Positions 17,649 to 27,262 are shown, counted from the first letter of the stretch. The stretch is 64,000 bases of DNA from an uncultured bacterium (GCA_965372795.1 CBDVDR010000003.1:1-64000), one strand, 5' to 3'. Notes: generated by a model from the letters alone, not told the origin. Program-made: numbers and translations.

Positions 17649-19871
17649 TTATTTTTTCTTTTTCAAAGAATGGCCTGTTGCCAGTCCAAATATAAACAGA
17701 ACAATAACTAAAATACCCAATGCAAAAATTGTATCACCCGGAGCCCTAAGCCACTTGAGCACAGTTATAGTCGGTGAATATAAAAATTCACTTGAACGGG
17801 CATACCAGTATCCCTTATCAACTGAAGCATAAGTTTGCATAAAACCAATCGGCAGCAAACTAATCAGAACCATCAATGACAAGCCTATATTTATTGACCA
17901 GAATGAAAATTTAATAATTTTTTCATTCCAATCTTCACGGACATATAACACGCGAAGACAGAACAACATCAGACCGATTCCAAGCATACCGTAGACACCA
18001 AACAAAGCAGTATGTGCATGAACCGCAGTTGTGTTTAGACCCTGCATATAATAAAGAGCGATTGGCGGATTAATCATAAAGCCGAATAATCCGGCTCCAA
18101 CCATATTCCAAAAGGCTACCGCGACAAAAAAGTAGATTGGCCATTTATATTTATCTGCCCATTTAGCGGCGCGTGAAAGACGGATATTTTCCCAGGCTTC
18201 AAATCCGATAATTGTCAACGGAGCAACTTCCAAAGCCGAGAAAACCGAACCTAATGCCATGATAGCAGTTGGTGTTCCGGAGAAGTATAAGTGATGTAAA
18301 GTCCCGATAATTCCACCGGTAAGAAAGATTGAAGTTGAAAAGACAACTGCCGAACTGGCACTTTTGGTTTTAACCAGATGCAGTCTAACAAATAGGTATG
18401 CTATAACTGCTGTTGCAAATACTTCAAAGAATCCTTCTACCCAAAGATGTACTACCCACCAGCGCCAATATTCTACAATTGACAGATGAGTGTTTTTTCC
18501 CCACATCAAACCAGCCATGTAAAAACCACCAATGGCAATCACCGAAACCAAAAACATAGTCAACAGATGTTTATGAGGTTGTTCCTTTTTGATTGCAACA
18601 ATAATACACCGTCCAACCAGATAAACCCAGATCAGCAAACCAGCCAGCAAAGCTATCTGCCAGACTCGTCCCAGATCAACATATTCGTAGCCCTGATGTC
18701 CAAAATAAAACCAGGAATCGCCGCCAAGATAACCCATCACTGACAACCACTCACCGGTTAAAGAACCAAGGACAACAACAACTAAGGCACCCAACAAAAC
18801 ATTAACGCCAAGTTTTTGAAATTTGGGTTCAAACCCGGAAGCAAGCGGTGCTATAAATAGTCCGGCCGCTAACCAAGAGGTTGCGATCCAGAAAATTCCC
18901 AGCTGAGTATGCCAGGTTCGGGCAATCGCATATGGAATCCATTTGGCTACGGGTATACCATAAAAACCGGTTCCCTCAACTCCATAATGAGCGATTATCA
19001 CCCCCAATCCCATTTGTATTAAAAACAGTCCGGCAACAACCCAAAAATATTTGATAATTGCTATCTGTGAAGGAGTTGCTATAAATCCAAGCAGAGGGTC
19101 TTCGGTCGGTATCTCTTCAGCCATGGAATCATGTTTCTGTCGGACATTGTAAAAGACTAACAAGGCAATACCTGCCAGTAGCGTCAGTATCGAAAAACCG
19201 GTCCAAATAATTGAATCACTGGTAGGTTTGTTATCAATCAATGGTTCATGGGGCCAGTTATTGGTATATGTTATTTTATCATCAACCCGATGGGTTGATG
19301 CCGCCCAGGCAGACCAGAAGAAAAATGAAGCCATTTTTTCAATCCGTACTGGATCTTTTAAAGTCCCTTCGGGGATTGCGTATTCATCTTTTCCTTTGGT
19401 AAACAATTCCTGATAATATTTCACATTAGCTTCATAAGCTCTATGTCTGACCGGATCCAATACAAGAATATCTTTTGAGGGATCATAAGTATTGGTATTA
19501 AAAAGGATTTTTAGTCTTTCCCGCAAAGCAGCCTGTTTTTCAGGGTGTAAACTATCATAGTCAATACCAAAATCCGCTTGAGCATAATCGTTCAGAATGA
19601 AAACGCATTCACGATGAAGCCAGTCCGCAGTCCAGTCCGGAGCAACATAACTGCCATGTCCCCAGATTGAACCAAGCTCCATTCCGCCCATTGCCTGCCA
19701 AACATTTTGTCCGGCTGTTATACTTCCTGAAGGAACAATTGTAACCCCCTCAGTTGTAATAACACTATCAGGAATAGGGGGTTTTTCCTGATAAATTTTA
19801 AATCCGGACCATCCGAGGATTGCAAACGATATTACAACCACTCCGATAAATCCAATCCATAGTTTTTTCAT
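17649..19871 (-). CDS. norZ: Quinol-dependent nitric oxide reductase (qNOR)
   Basis: GHGSYVAPDWTADWLH, HLWVEGFFE, GTLHHLY and HAH motifs; 740 aa. Confidence 0.95.
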   Translation of the reverse strand: MKKLWIGFIGVVVISFAILGWSGFKIYQEKPPIPDSVITTEGVTIVPSGSITAGQNVWQAMGGMELGSIWGHGSYVAPDWTADWLHRECVFILNDYAQADFGIDYDSLHPEKQAALRERLKILFNTNTYDPSKDILVLDPVRHRAYEANVKYYQELFTKGKDEYAIPEGTLKDPVRIEKMASFFFWSAWAASTHRVDDKITYTNNWPHEPLIDNKPTSDSIIWTGFSILTLLAGIALLVFYNVRQKHDSMAEEIPTEDPLLGFIATPSQIAIIKYFWVVAGLFLIQMGLGVIIAHYGVEGTGFYGIPVAKWIPYAIARTWHTQLGIFWIATSWLAAGLFIAPLASGFEPKFQKLGVNVLLGALVVVVLGSLTGEWLSVMGYLGGDSWFYFGHQGYEYVDLGRVWQIALLAGLLIWVYLVGRCIIVAIKKEQPHKHLLTMFLVSVIAIGGFYMAGLMWGKNTHLSIVEYWRWWVVHLWVEGFFEVFATAVIAYLFVRLHLVKTKSASSAVVFSTSIFLTGGIIGTLHHLYFSGTPTAIMALGSVFSALEVAPLTIIGFEAWENIRLSRAAKWADKYKWPIYFFVAVAFWNMVGAGLFGFMINPPIALYYMQGLNTTAVHAHTALFGVYGMLGIGLMLFCLRVLYVREDWNEKIIKFSFWSINIGLSLMVLISLLPIGFMQTYASVDKGYWYARSSEFLYSPTITVLKWLRAPGDTIFALGILVIVLFIFGLATGHSLKKKK

Positions 19872-20022
19872 TTAGTTATCCTTCCAACTCAAAGCTTTTA
19901 TGAGTTTAAATAATTTAGTTTCATATCTCATTTGTTGTCATTTATTTAAAACTCTTAATAATATAGACTATATATGTAAATTTTTATTCGCATGTCATTG
20001 TCTTATTTACGGCTAAAAAAAC

Positions 20023-20433
20023 TCATAATTCAATATTTGTTTTTGCAAGCATTTCCAAGGTTGTATTTTTAAGAAAATTTAAGTAATCCAAACGGATTTT
20101 GTGCCAGTTATCATGAACAATACAGGGCGATTTACAGGAACATTTGTTCGCTCCCAGAAAGCATTTACTCCACTTATTTAAGTTTTCAATAGGGTCAATT
20201 ATATCATAAATTGCTATTTTAGAAGCCGGCTTGCTTAGTTTGAATCCGCCCTTATACCCTTTGACCGATTCCAGATAACCTGCTGCGGCTAAATTCTTTA
20301 GAATTTTCCCCAGATAGTTTTTTGGGGCTTTTATTTGCTCAGCAATATGATTCGCGCCGACATATTCCCCTTTTTTTAACTTTGCCAACACAGTTACAGC
20401 CAATATTGCATGAATACTACTTTTTGAAATCAT
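20023..20433 (-). CDS. Rrf2-family transcriptional regulator with C-terminal Cys cluster
   Basis: YLGKILKNL...S.KG.KGGFKL wHTH; CFLGANKCSCKSPCIVH; start at MISKSS. Confidence 0.9.
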   Translation of the reverse strand: MISKSSIHAILAVTVLAKLKKGEYVGANHIAEQIKAPKNYLGKILKNLAAAGYLESVKGYKGGFKLSKPASKIAIYDIIDPIENLNKWSKCFLGANKCSCKSPCIVHDNWHKIRLDYLNFLKNTTLEMLAKTNIEL

Positions 20434-20612
20434 TGTTTCTCCTCTAATCACATGTGTATATATGAATAAATATGATTTTGTCAATAAAATAATAATTTTT
20501 TGCGTTTTTCTATTCTCTTTTTGTAATTCAGGGAATAACAAAATCAATATTGTTTATAGAATTTTAATAAGTTATAATAGACTTATACAATCTATATATA
20601 TGGAGGTGTCAC

Positions 20613-21503
20613 ATGAAAGTATTTAAGAGACTTGTGTATTTGGTTGTCGTTTGTACTCTGCTTGTGTCTTGCAGCCCTTCATCTGATGAGAAGATAGTCG
20701 AAGTCATAGCTAAAGACTTTAAATTCGAAGTTGTTGACAGTATTCAATCCGGTTGGACAACTTTTAAATTTATTAACACCGGTCATGCCGAACACTTTTT
20801 TCTACTAAATCTATTACCTGATTCCATCTCTTATGAAACATATCATGAACAGGTAAGCAAACCATTTGAGATAGTTTTTGATTCTTTAAAAGCTGGAAAA
20901 AGTAAAGAAGAAGCTATCGGGCTATTAATTGAATTGATTCCAGGTTGGTATTTCACCGATGTTAAGCAAATGGGTGGAACCGGAATTATAAGTATGGGAA
21001 AATCTACCGAGGTTACCCTAAGTCTCCCTGCGGGAACTTATGCAATGGAATGCTATATCAAAGAACAAGGCGTGTTTCATACTTCTTTAGGGATGATTCG
21101 CTCACTTGTTGTAACCGAAGAAGTATCTGCAACGAAACCCCCTTTAACAAATATGGAAATTTCTCTATCAAACTATAAGTTTGAGACTGAGGGTATTCTA
21201 TATAAAGGGAAAAATACATTTGCCGTTAATTTTATCGAACACCCTGAGCTTGGTCTTGGGAATGATGTCCATATCGTTAAATTAGAAGAAAACACAAACC
21301 TCGATGAAGTAATATACTGGCTTGATTGGATGAACATAAAAGGACTGCAATCTCCGGCTCCGGTTCAATTTTATGGCGGAATGCAGGAGATGCCCATTGG
21401 TGCAACATCATACTTTACCGTTTACTTAGAATCCGGGGAATATGCCTGGATTGCGGAAACAACAGCAGCGAAGGGGATGGTAAAAAAGTTTACTGTTGAG
21501 TAA
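20613..21503 (+). CDS. Lipoprotein with duplicated cupredoxin-like domains
   Basis: Lipobox LVSC; NTGHAEH, GTYAMEC...FHTSLGM; second degenerate domain. Confidence 0.6.
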   Translation: MKVFKRLVYLVVVCTLLVSCSPSSDEKIVEVIAKDFKFEVVDSIQSGWTTFKFINTGHAEHFFLLNLLPDSISYETYHEQVSKPFEIVFDSLKAGKSKEEAIGLLIELIPGWYFTDVKQMGGTGIISMGKSTEVTLSLPAGTYAMECYIKEQGVFHTSLGMIRSLVVTEEVSATKPPLTNMEISLSNYKFETEGILYKGKNTFAVNFIEHPELGLGNDVHIVKLEENTNLDEVIYWLDWMNIKGLQSPAPVQFYGGMQEMPIGATSYFTVYLESGEYAWIAETTAAKGMVKKFTVE

Positions 21504-21552
21504 GTTGGTTATTTAGTTTAAGAATTGTATTTTTTTACATTTTAAAGATTCT

Positions 21553-22425
21553 CTATTTTTTAAGTTTCAGCATATTTTCAATTCCGAAGGCTGAATAAAT
21601 TCCGGTTGTTACTTGATTGGCTGCTTGATTGTACTGTTCAATCGGTTCACCCATGCCGAGCCCATCAACAACGGTTCTGAATTGACGTTCGCCCTGTTGA
21701 GTATTTATCACGTTTAAGATAGCATCAGCAACCATTTGCGGATTAGGGGCGTTTTCACCTTCAAAGTTTTTCGCAAACGCTTCCATTTGCTGATCGGGTC
21801 CTTTGGCAAATTCACCATAAGAGCTGGTGCGCTCAGTATCGGTTGGTTTTAACAAACGTGATGCAAATTCTGTTCCAAATCCACCCGGTTCAATCAGAAC
21901 TGATTCGATGCCAAACCCTGATAGTTCAACTCTGTAATTATCAGCTAAAGCTTCAAGAGCGTATTTCGAGGCATTATATGGTCCAAAAAATGGCATTACA
22001 AACCTGCCCAGTATACTCGAGACATGAATAAGCAGACCTGATCCACGCTTACGCATGTGAGGGAGAATTTCTCTATTCATGCGTTGCACTCCAAAGACAT
22101 TTAAATCAAAGATCTTTTTCCAGTCATCAATAGTGAATGCTTCCTGGAAGCCGATCACGCCAATACCGGCATTATTAATAAGGACATCAACCTGCCCCGC
22201 TTTACTAATTGATTCAGCAACCCCGGAAACCACACTTTTATCATTAGTAACATCTAAATCAATAACGTGAGCGCCTCTTGATTTTAAATCATCAGCAACT
22301 GATTTGTTGCGCCCTTCAGGATCTCTCATTGATGCCATAACGGTATAACCTGCCTTTAGCAGAGTATTGGCTGTGAGTAAACCAAAACCACTGCCTGAAC
22401 CTGTGATCAAAATATTCTTACTCAA
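21553..22425 (-). CDS. Short-chain dehydrogenase/reductase
   Basis: TGSGSGFG, NNAG, YNASK. Confidence 0.92.
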   Translation of the reverse strand: MSKNILITGSGSGFGLLTANTLLKAGYTVMASMRDPEGRNKSVADDLKSRGAHVIDLDVTNDKSVVSGVAESISKAGQVDVLINNAGIGVIGFQEAFTIDDWKKIFDLNVFGVQRMNREILPHMRKRGSGLLIHVSSILGRFVMPFFGPYNASKYALEALADNYRVELSGFGIESVLIEPGGFGTEFASRLLKPTDTERTSSYGEFAKGPDQQMEAFAKNFEGENAPNPQMVADAILNVINTQQGERQFRTVVDGLGMGEPIEQYNQAANQVTTGIYSAFGIENMLKLKK

Positions 22426-22660
22426 ACTATTCTCCTTTTTTTATGAGAATTTGAAATATTTACAACCCTGTTCCACAGGATAGTATAGTATTGCATTATA
22501 TAACACGAACTTATCTCAGTAGTTCCGACCGGAATTTTAATAGCATCTATAATAAAAATATTTTTTATATTGACAAAGATCTTTAATGTCTTTAATGTTA
22601 ACTTTCAGAAGCAAAACTTAATAAATTCTTAACAACCGGCAGTTTGTTGTATCTAATCTG

Positions 22661-22848
22661 CAGGTGTGTGGTAAAATATGTGCAGCTCAAAAACTGACAG
22701 CAAAAAAAAACAAGGACGAAAAAAAACGTTCATTGTACCGAGTGTCTTTAACTTAAGAGGACTCAACAATGCGGTATAGCTGTTGCTGTCAGCTAATTAT
22801 TTATTTGGTAATTATTGCCACCCAATTTAATTGGGTGGCATTTTTTTT
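22661..22848 (+). promoter_or_regulatory. Structured 5' leader / attenuator candidate ending in an intrinsic terminator
   Basis: Nested stems ctgacagcaa/ttgctgtcag and cattgt/acaatg; TTGACA at 22570; terminator directly before the SD. Confidence 0.7.
22816..22848 (+). terminator. Intrinsic terminator upstream of the AsnRS-like gene
   Basis: tgccacccaatt-t-aattgggtggca followed by T8. Confidence 0.85.
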
Positions 22849-22871
22849 AACTTTTTTTGAGGAGTTTTATT

Positions 22872-23867
22872 ATGCGTCACTTTTCAGTTGCTAATGGGGA
22901 CTTTACTCGAACCACTTTGCTCAGATCAAATCTATTAAAAACTACCCGGAAGTGGTTCGAGAATAATTCGTATTTAGAAATTTCCGTTCCCCACATTACC
23001 GGAGCAACCGGATCCTGTGAATGGTTTCCAAATGCTATGCCGGTTACGATGTACAACGACCTGGGACAGCAAGCGGCAATGTTTCTGCGTCAAACCGGGC
23101 AGTTATATCTTGAGGCTTTTACAGTTGCTCACAATCGTGTTTTTACAATCGGCCCTTCTTTTCGACAAGAAAAAAAAGTAACCGATCGGCACCTTTGTGA
23201 ATTTACACTGATTGAATTTGAAGGACGGGATTTCGAACTAACCGGATTGATGGACAATATCGAGAGCTTGATTAAGGCGATGTACTCTATTGCGCAAAAG
23301 GATTTTATGTCTGAGCTTTTGACAAATTATGTTAATATACCGTTTAATCGTATTAAATATGCCGATGCAGTTAAGCTGTTAAATGAAAATGGATATAAAA
23401 TTGAATATGGCGACGATATGGGCAGTATCGAAGAACATGCCATCTGCCGGATACTTGGACAATTGCCTACTTTTGTAACTCATTATCCAAGCAATCCAAA
23501 ACCACAAGAAGGCGGTGTTATTAAATTCTTCTCAATGAAAAGATCAGATAAAGAAACCCTGTGTTGTGATTTATTGTTGCCGATGGTAGGGGAATCAGTC
23601 GGCGGAGCAGTCCGCGAAGGTTCTTCAAAATTATGCAAAAAACAGTTTGAAGAATCATATATGTATGACCATCTGGTGGATGCCGGAGTTGATCCTAAAC
23701 AATTTAGCTGGTATTTTGAGGTCCTCGAAAAAGGACAGGGACAGTCAAGCGGATGTGGAATTGGATTTGAAAGAGTCGTCCAGTCAATCCTTGCTACCGA
23801 AGAAGAAAAAGTCAGCATCAAAGCTGCGATTGAGCTTCCCCGCTCACCAGAGTTTTTAATGCCCTAA
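22872..23867 (+). CDS. Class IIb aaRS catalytic-domain-only protein (AsnRS-like, candidate archaeal-type asparagine synthetase)
   Basis: LRQTGQLYLE, motif 2 FRQE...RHLCEFTLIE, motif 3 GCGIGFER; no N-terminal OB anticodon domain; ATG 22872 with GAGGAG SD. Confidence 0.8.
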   Translation: MRHFSVANGDFTRTTLLRSNLLKTTRKWFENNSYLEISVPHITGATGSCEWFPNAMPVTMYNDLGQQAAMFLRQTGQLYLEAFTVAHNRVFTIGPSFRQEKKVTDRHLCEFTLIEFEGRDFELTGLMDNIESLIKAMYSIAQKDFMSELLTNYVNIPFNRIKYADAVKLLNENGYKIEYGDDMGSIEEHAICRILGQLPTFVTHYPSNPKPQEGGVIKFFSMKRSDKETLCCDLLLPMVGESVGGAVREGSSKLCKKQFEESYMYDHLVDAGVDPKQFSWYFEVLEKGQGQSSGCGIGFERVVQSILATEEEKVSIKAAIELPRSPEFLMP

Positions 23868-23891
23868 GTGAGTGTATCTCCCCAAAAAAAG

Positions 23892-23920
23892 AAAAGGCAA
23901 AGTTAAAAGCTTTGCCTTTT
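23892..23920 (+). terminator. Intrinsic terminator
   Basis: aaaaggcaaag...ctttgcctttt. Confidence 0.8.
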
Positions 23921-24270
23921 ATTATATTTTTTTCATTGTCTCTTCAAAAGCTGTTTTTTAGCAAAAATTCACTTTATTTAGCTGTTATTAATGATTTTTA
24001 AGTAATCGTAGTAAAATATATCAAATTTATCGACTTTGATTTCTAAGCACTTTTTGTATTTGTTCTTTTGTTTCCATGGATGCAAGTTCAATTGTTGAGC
24101 AAATTTCTGAAAAATATCCATTAAATATATTTTTTTTAATAAAAAAGGTGCAATATTCTCAATTTATTGTATATTATGCCAGATATTGACAGGTAATTTT
24201 TACGCAAATTATTCAAGATTACTAGTTTGAAAAAGTTATATAAAAAACACAATCTATTAAGGAGTCGTTT

Positions 24271-26310
24271 ATGTTCAAGCTCAAAGGACTAATTGTCTCA
24301 ATGTTATTATTGACCATGCTGTTCATAAGCTGTGGCGATGATACCAAGGACAATGGAGTCATGAATTCTCAAATGGCGAAACTTGCAACAGGTCTGATTA
24401 ATATTCCTGCTGGTGCAACTATCGAATCAGCAACTATGTTTATTGTTGTACGTGAAGCCAGTGGACAGGAAATTAATGTTCATCAAGTTACATCCGACTG
24501 GGATGAAATGGTAGTTACCTTTAACAATTTCGGTGGAGCTTATGCTCCAGCTGTTTTAGGTACATTTACTGCAGATGCCGTTGGTTGGACATCAGTAGAA
24601 GTTACACAAATGGTAAAGGATTGGGTTAGTGGCGATGCCGTAAATTATGGTGTTTTACTCAGCCAAATTAATCTGAATAATCCAAGAACTTTATTCGGCA
24701 GCCGCGAATTTTCAAAATATGCTCCATACATCGAAGTTTGTTACACTATTGATGCTGGTACTTTCTGTGCAACTACATTATCAATAGCTGATGCCCAGAT
24801 CAATGAACGTTATGGTGATCTTAATTTTGGTCCGGACGAATGGTTAGCATCTGGACGATATCTTGAAACTGAACTTGACAAACAATCGCTGATTAGATTT
24901 GAATTTCCGGTTGTTGAAGAAGAATTAGCTGCCATTGGTGATTTCGTTTGGGAAGACTTGAATCAGGACGGAATTCAGGATGCTGGAGAAACAGGTGTTA
25001 GTGGAGTTACTGTTTATCTTCTGAATTGTCAGGGAGAAATTATTGCTACCACAATTACAAATGCAAGTGGTGCCTACCTCTTTGATCAACTCCAACCGGG
25101 TGATTACAAAATTCAATTTATACTTCCATCGGGCTATGAATTCTCACCACAGGATCAGGGTGCTGACGATGCAATGGACTCAGATGCTGACCCTACAACT
25201 GGTGAAGCAAGCTGTACAACTCTCGATTCGGGTGAATATGACCTGACTTGGGATGCAGGTGTCTATATGCCGGTCATTGATTGCTTCGAATGTGACGGTA
25301 AGATTACAAATCTGACTCTGGAATATCAAGGCTCTCTAGAAGCTTTGGTTGAAGTGTTTGCCAAAGCTGGTAAGGATGGACTTGGTGAATTATTGTTCTC
25401 TGGACCAGTACTCCCAGGTGGCAGTTTCAATATTGTAGGATTCGATAAAAACGGAACTGTTGGCACAGAGATCAGTCTCTTTGTTGATGGCGTTCTGAAT
25501 ACAAAAATCCATACCAGTTGCTCGAAGCCGATTTATATTGGCATGGTAAGTGGCTTCTTCGAAATTCTTGATGGTTACAGCCTTAACGGTGGACGCCTTT
25601 GTCCGGGTGAAGGTGGCGTTGATTGCAGAGAATGTGACGGTAAGATTACAAATCTGACTCTGGAATATCAAGGCTCTCTAGAAGCTTTGGTTGAAGTATT
25701 TGCCAAAGCTGGTAGAAATGAACTTGGTGAAACATTGTTCTCAGGACAGGTACTCTCTGGTGGCAGCTTCAATTTTGTTGGTTTCGATAGACATGGTACT
25801 ATGGGTACAGAGATCAGTATTTTTGTTGATGGTGTCCTGAATACTAAGATCCACACAAGTTGCTCACAGCCAATTTATATAGGTATGATCAGTGGTGATT
25901 TTGAAGTCCTTGATGGCTACAGCCAAAAAGGCGGACGTTTATGCCCAGATGAAGGTGATAATAATGATGGCGGTGATGGACCCTCTGACTGTGATGGTAA
26001 GGTTACAAGTCTGACTCTGGAGTATCAGGGTGCTTCTGAGGCTTTTGTTGAAGTGTTTGCTAAAGGTAAGAAACATAAAGCAGCTAAAGTATTATTCTCA
26101 GGACAAGTACTTCCGGATGGCAATTTAAATATTATTGGATACGATAAAAATGGTACCGTTGGCACAGAGATCACAATTTTTGTGGATGGTATCAAGCATA
26201 CTAAGATCCACACAAGTTGCTCACAACCGATTTATATTGGTATGGTTAGTGGTGACTTTGAGATTCTGAATGGCTATAGCAAAAATGGCGGCCAACTTGG
26301 TTTGGAATAA
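24271..26310 (+). CDS. Surface lipoprotein: DNRLRE/CBM96-like domain, SdrD B-like domain and three Cys-bracketed repeats
   Basis: Lipobox FISC; IPAGATIESAT...WDE; IGDFVWEDLNQDGIQD...DSDAD; 3x CDGK.T.LTLEYQG...IHTSCS.PI. Confidence 0.75.
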   Translation: MFKLKGLIVSMLLLTMLFISCGDDTKDNGVMNSQMAKLATGLINIPAGATIESATMFIVVREASGQEINVHQVTSDWDEMVVTFNNFGGAYAPAVLGTFTADAVGWTSVEVTQMVKDWVSGDAVNYGVLLSQINLNNPRTLFGSREFSKYAPYIEVCYTIDAGTFCATTLSIADAQINERYGDLNFGPDEWLASGRYLETELDKQSLIRFEFPVVEEELAAIGDFVWEDLNQDGIQDAGETGVSGVTVYLLNCQGEIIATTITNASGAYLFDQLQPGDYKIQFILPSGYEFSPQDQGADDAMDSDADPTTGEASCTTLDSGEYDLTWDAGVYMPVIDCFECDGKITNLTLEYQGSLEALVEVFAKAGKDGLGELLFSGPVLPGGSFNIVGFDKNGTVGTEISLFVDGVLNTKIHTSCSKPIYIGMVSGFFEILDGYSLNGGRLCPGEGGVDCRECDGKITNLTLEYQGSLEALVEVFAKAGRNELGETLFSGQVLSGGSFNFVGFDRHGTMGTEISIFVDGVLNTKIHTSCSQPIYIGMISGDFEVLDGYSQKGGRLCPDEGDNNDGGDGPSDCDGKVTSLTLEYQGASEAFVEVFAKGKKHKAAKVLFSGQVLPDGNLNIIGYDKNGTVGTEITIFVDGIKHTKIHTSCSQPIYIGMVSGDFEILNGYSKNGGQLGLE

Positions 26311-26347
26311 CGATTTAGTTACTAAATCTTAGCTTTAATTTAAATGT

Positions 26348-26384
26348 AAAAAAGCCTGTCAGGATTATCCGACAGGCTTTTTTT
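26348..26384. terminator. Bidirectional intrinsic terminator
   Basis: aaaaaagcctgtc...gacaggctttttt. Confidence 0.85.
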
Positions 26385-26405
26385 ATACAATTTTTTATTA
26401 TAATA

Positions 26406-27002
26406 TTATGGACAGACATGACATGGTGGTGGAACCGGAGAACCGGGTACAAACATAAAATCTACAAAAAATGTTAAATCGGAGATGCCTAATTCACAAT
26501 CACTATTATTATCAAATTCTTCAAAACAAACCGGAGCAGGCGATCCGGGCACAAACATATAATCAACAAAGAAAGTCAAATCTGAAATACCCAACTCACC
26601 ATCATCGTTCGCATCACCCGAAAGATCACAACATCCACCGGAACTGCTGGTTATAGTCTGCCAGTAACCATGATTGACGGTGAAATTTGTTGAACTGCCA
26701 GTACCAATAGCGGTCTGACCGATTGTCCCCAGAAGTTTATAAGAAGTAGAGCTTCCATCTGTACCGCCGCTTGAAATAACCTGCCAATTGATCTGTTCGC
26801 CGGCAAGTTTGGCTGAACTCAGATTTATGTTATCAATTTGATTAAGCTTTTTCTGAAGTTCTTCCACAGCAGCCTTGTTGATACTGCTTTTAGTAATGAT
26901 CTTAGTTGGCGCTTTATTGGTTGTTGCAGAAGCAATTATTGAAATTGAAAATAAAACTATAAAAAACATAACTACATTACGAGAAATTTGAAATAACTTC
27001 AT
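26406..27002 (-). CDS. Secreted protein with C-terminal dockerin-like domain
   Basis: CCDLSGDANDDGELGISDLTFFVDYMF and a second ELGISDLTFFVDFMF repeat; start at MKLFQ. Confidence 0.75.
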   Translation of the reverse strand: MKLFQISRNVVMFFIVLFSISIIASATTNKAPTKIITKSSINKAAVEELQKKLNQIDNINLSSAKLAGEQINWQVISSGGTDGSSTSYKLLGTIGQTAIGTGSSTNFTVNHGYWQTITSSSGGCCDLSGDANDDGELGISDLTFFVDYMFVPGSPAPVCFEEFDNNSDCELGISDLTFFVDFMFVPGSPVPPPCHVCP

Positions 27003-27232
27003 ATGTAAAACTCCTGTATTTGTGTAGGTGATGAAAATATAATATAAATTTCTCTGTTTGTCCAATTATTTATCTGATTTACTAATAAAGATACTCATAA
27101 TTCTTGTATATATTGTTTTTGTATAAGTGGTTACGAGAATTTAGAGAAAAATGAATCCAGTACTGATATTGTCTATATATGAAATAAAATTATGGTTGCA
27201 TCCTAAGATTTCAGGTTGCATCCAGATTATAA

Positions 27233-27262
27233 AAAAACCTTCAATATCAATTGAAGGTTTTT
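27233..27262 (-). terminator. Intrinsic terminator after the yfiR-like gene
   Basis: aaaaaccttcaat...attgaaggttttt. Confidence 0.75.

Noticed and set aside
22694..22722. Hammerhead ribozyme (ctga...gaaa)
   Set aside because: CTGA is followed by CAG rather than NGA and the three-stem core cannot be built
22829..22842. T-box riboswitch (aattgggtggca resembles GGGTGGNACC)
   Set aside because: The ACC is missing (reads GGCATT), the match lies in the 3' arm of the terminator, and no stem I AG/GNUG motifs were recognised
22872..23867. EpmA (EF-P lysyl ligase) or canonical asnS
   Set aside because: Motifs are AsnRS-like rather than LysRS-like, no efp/epmB is nearby, and the anticodon domain needed for asnS is missing
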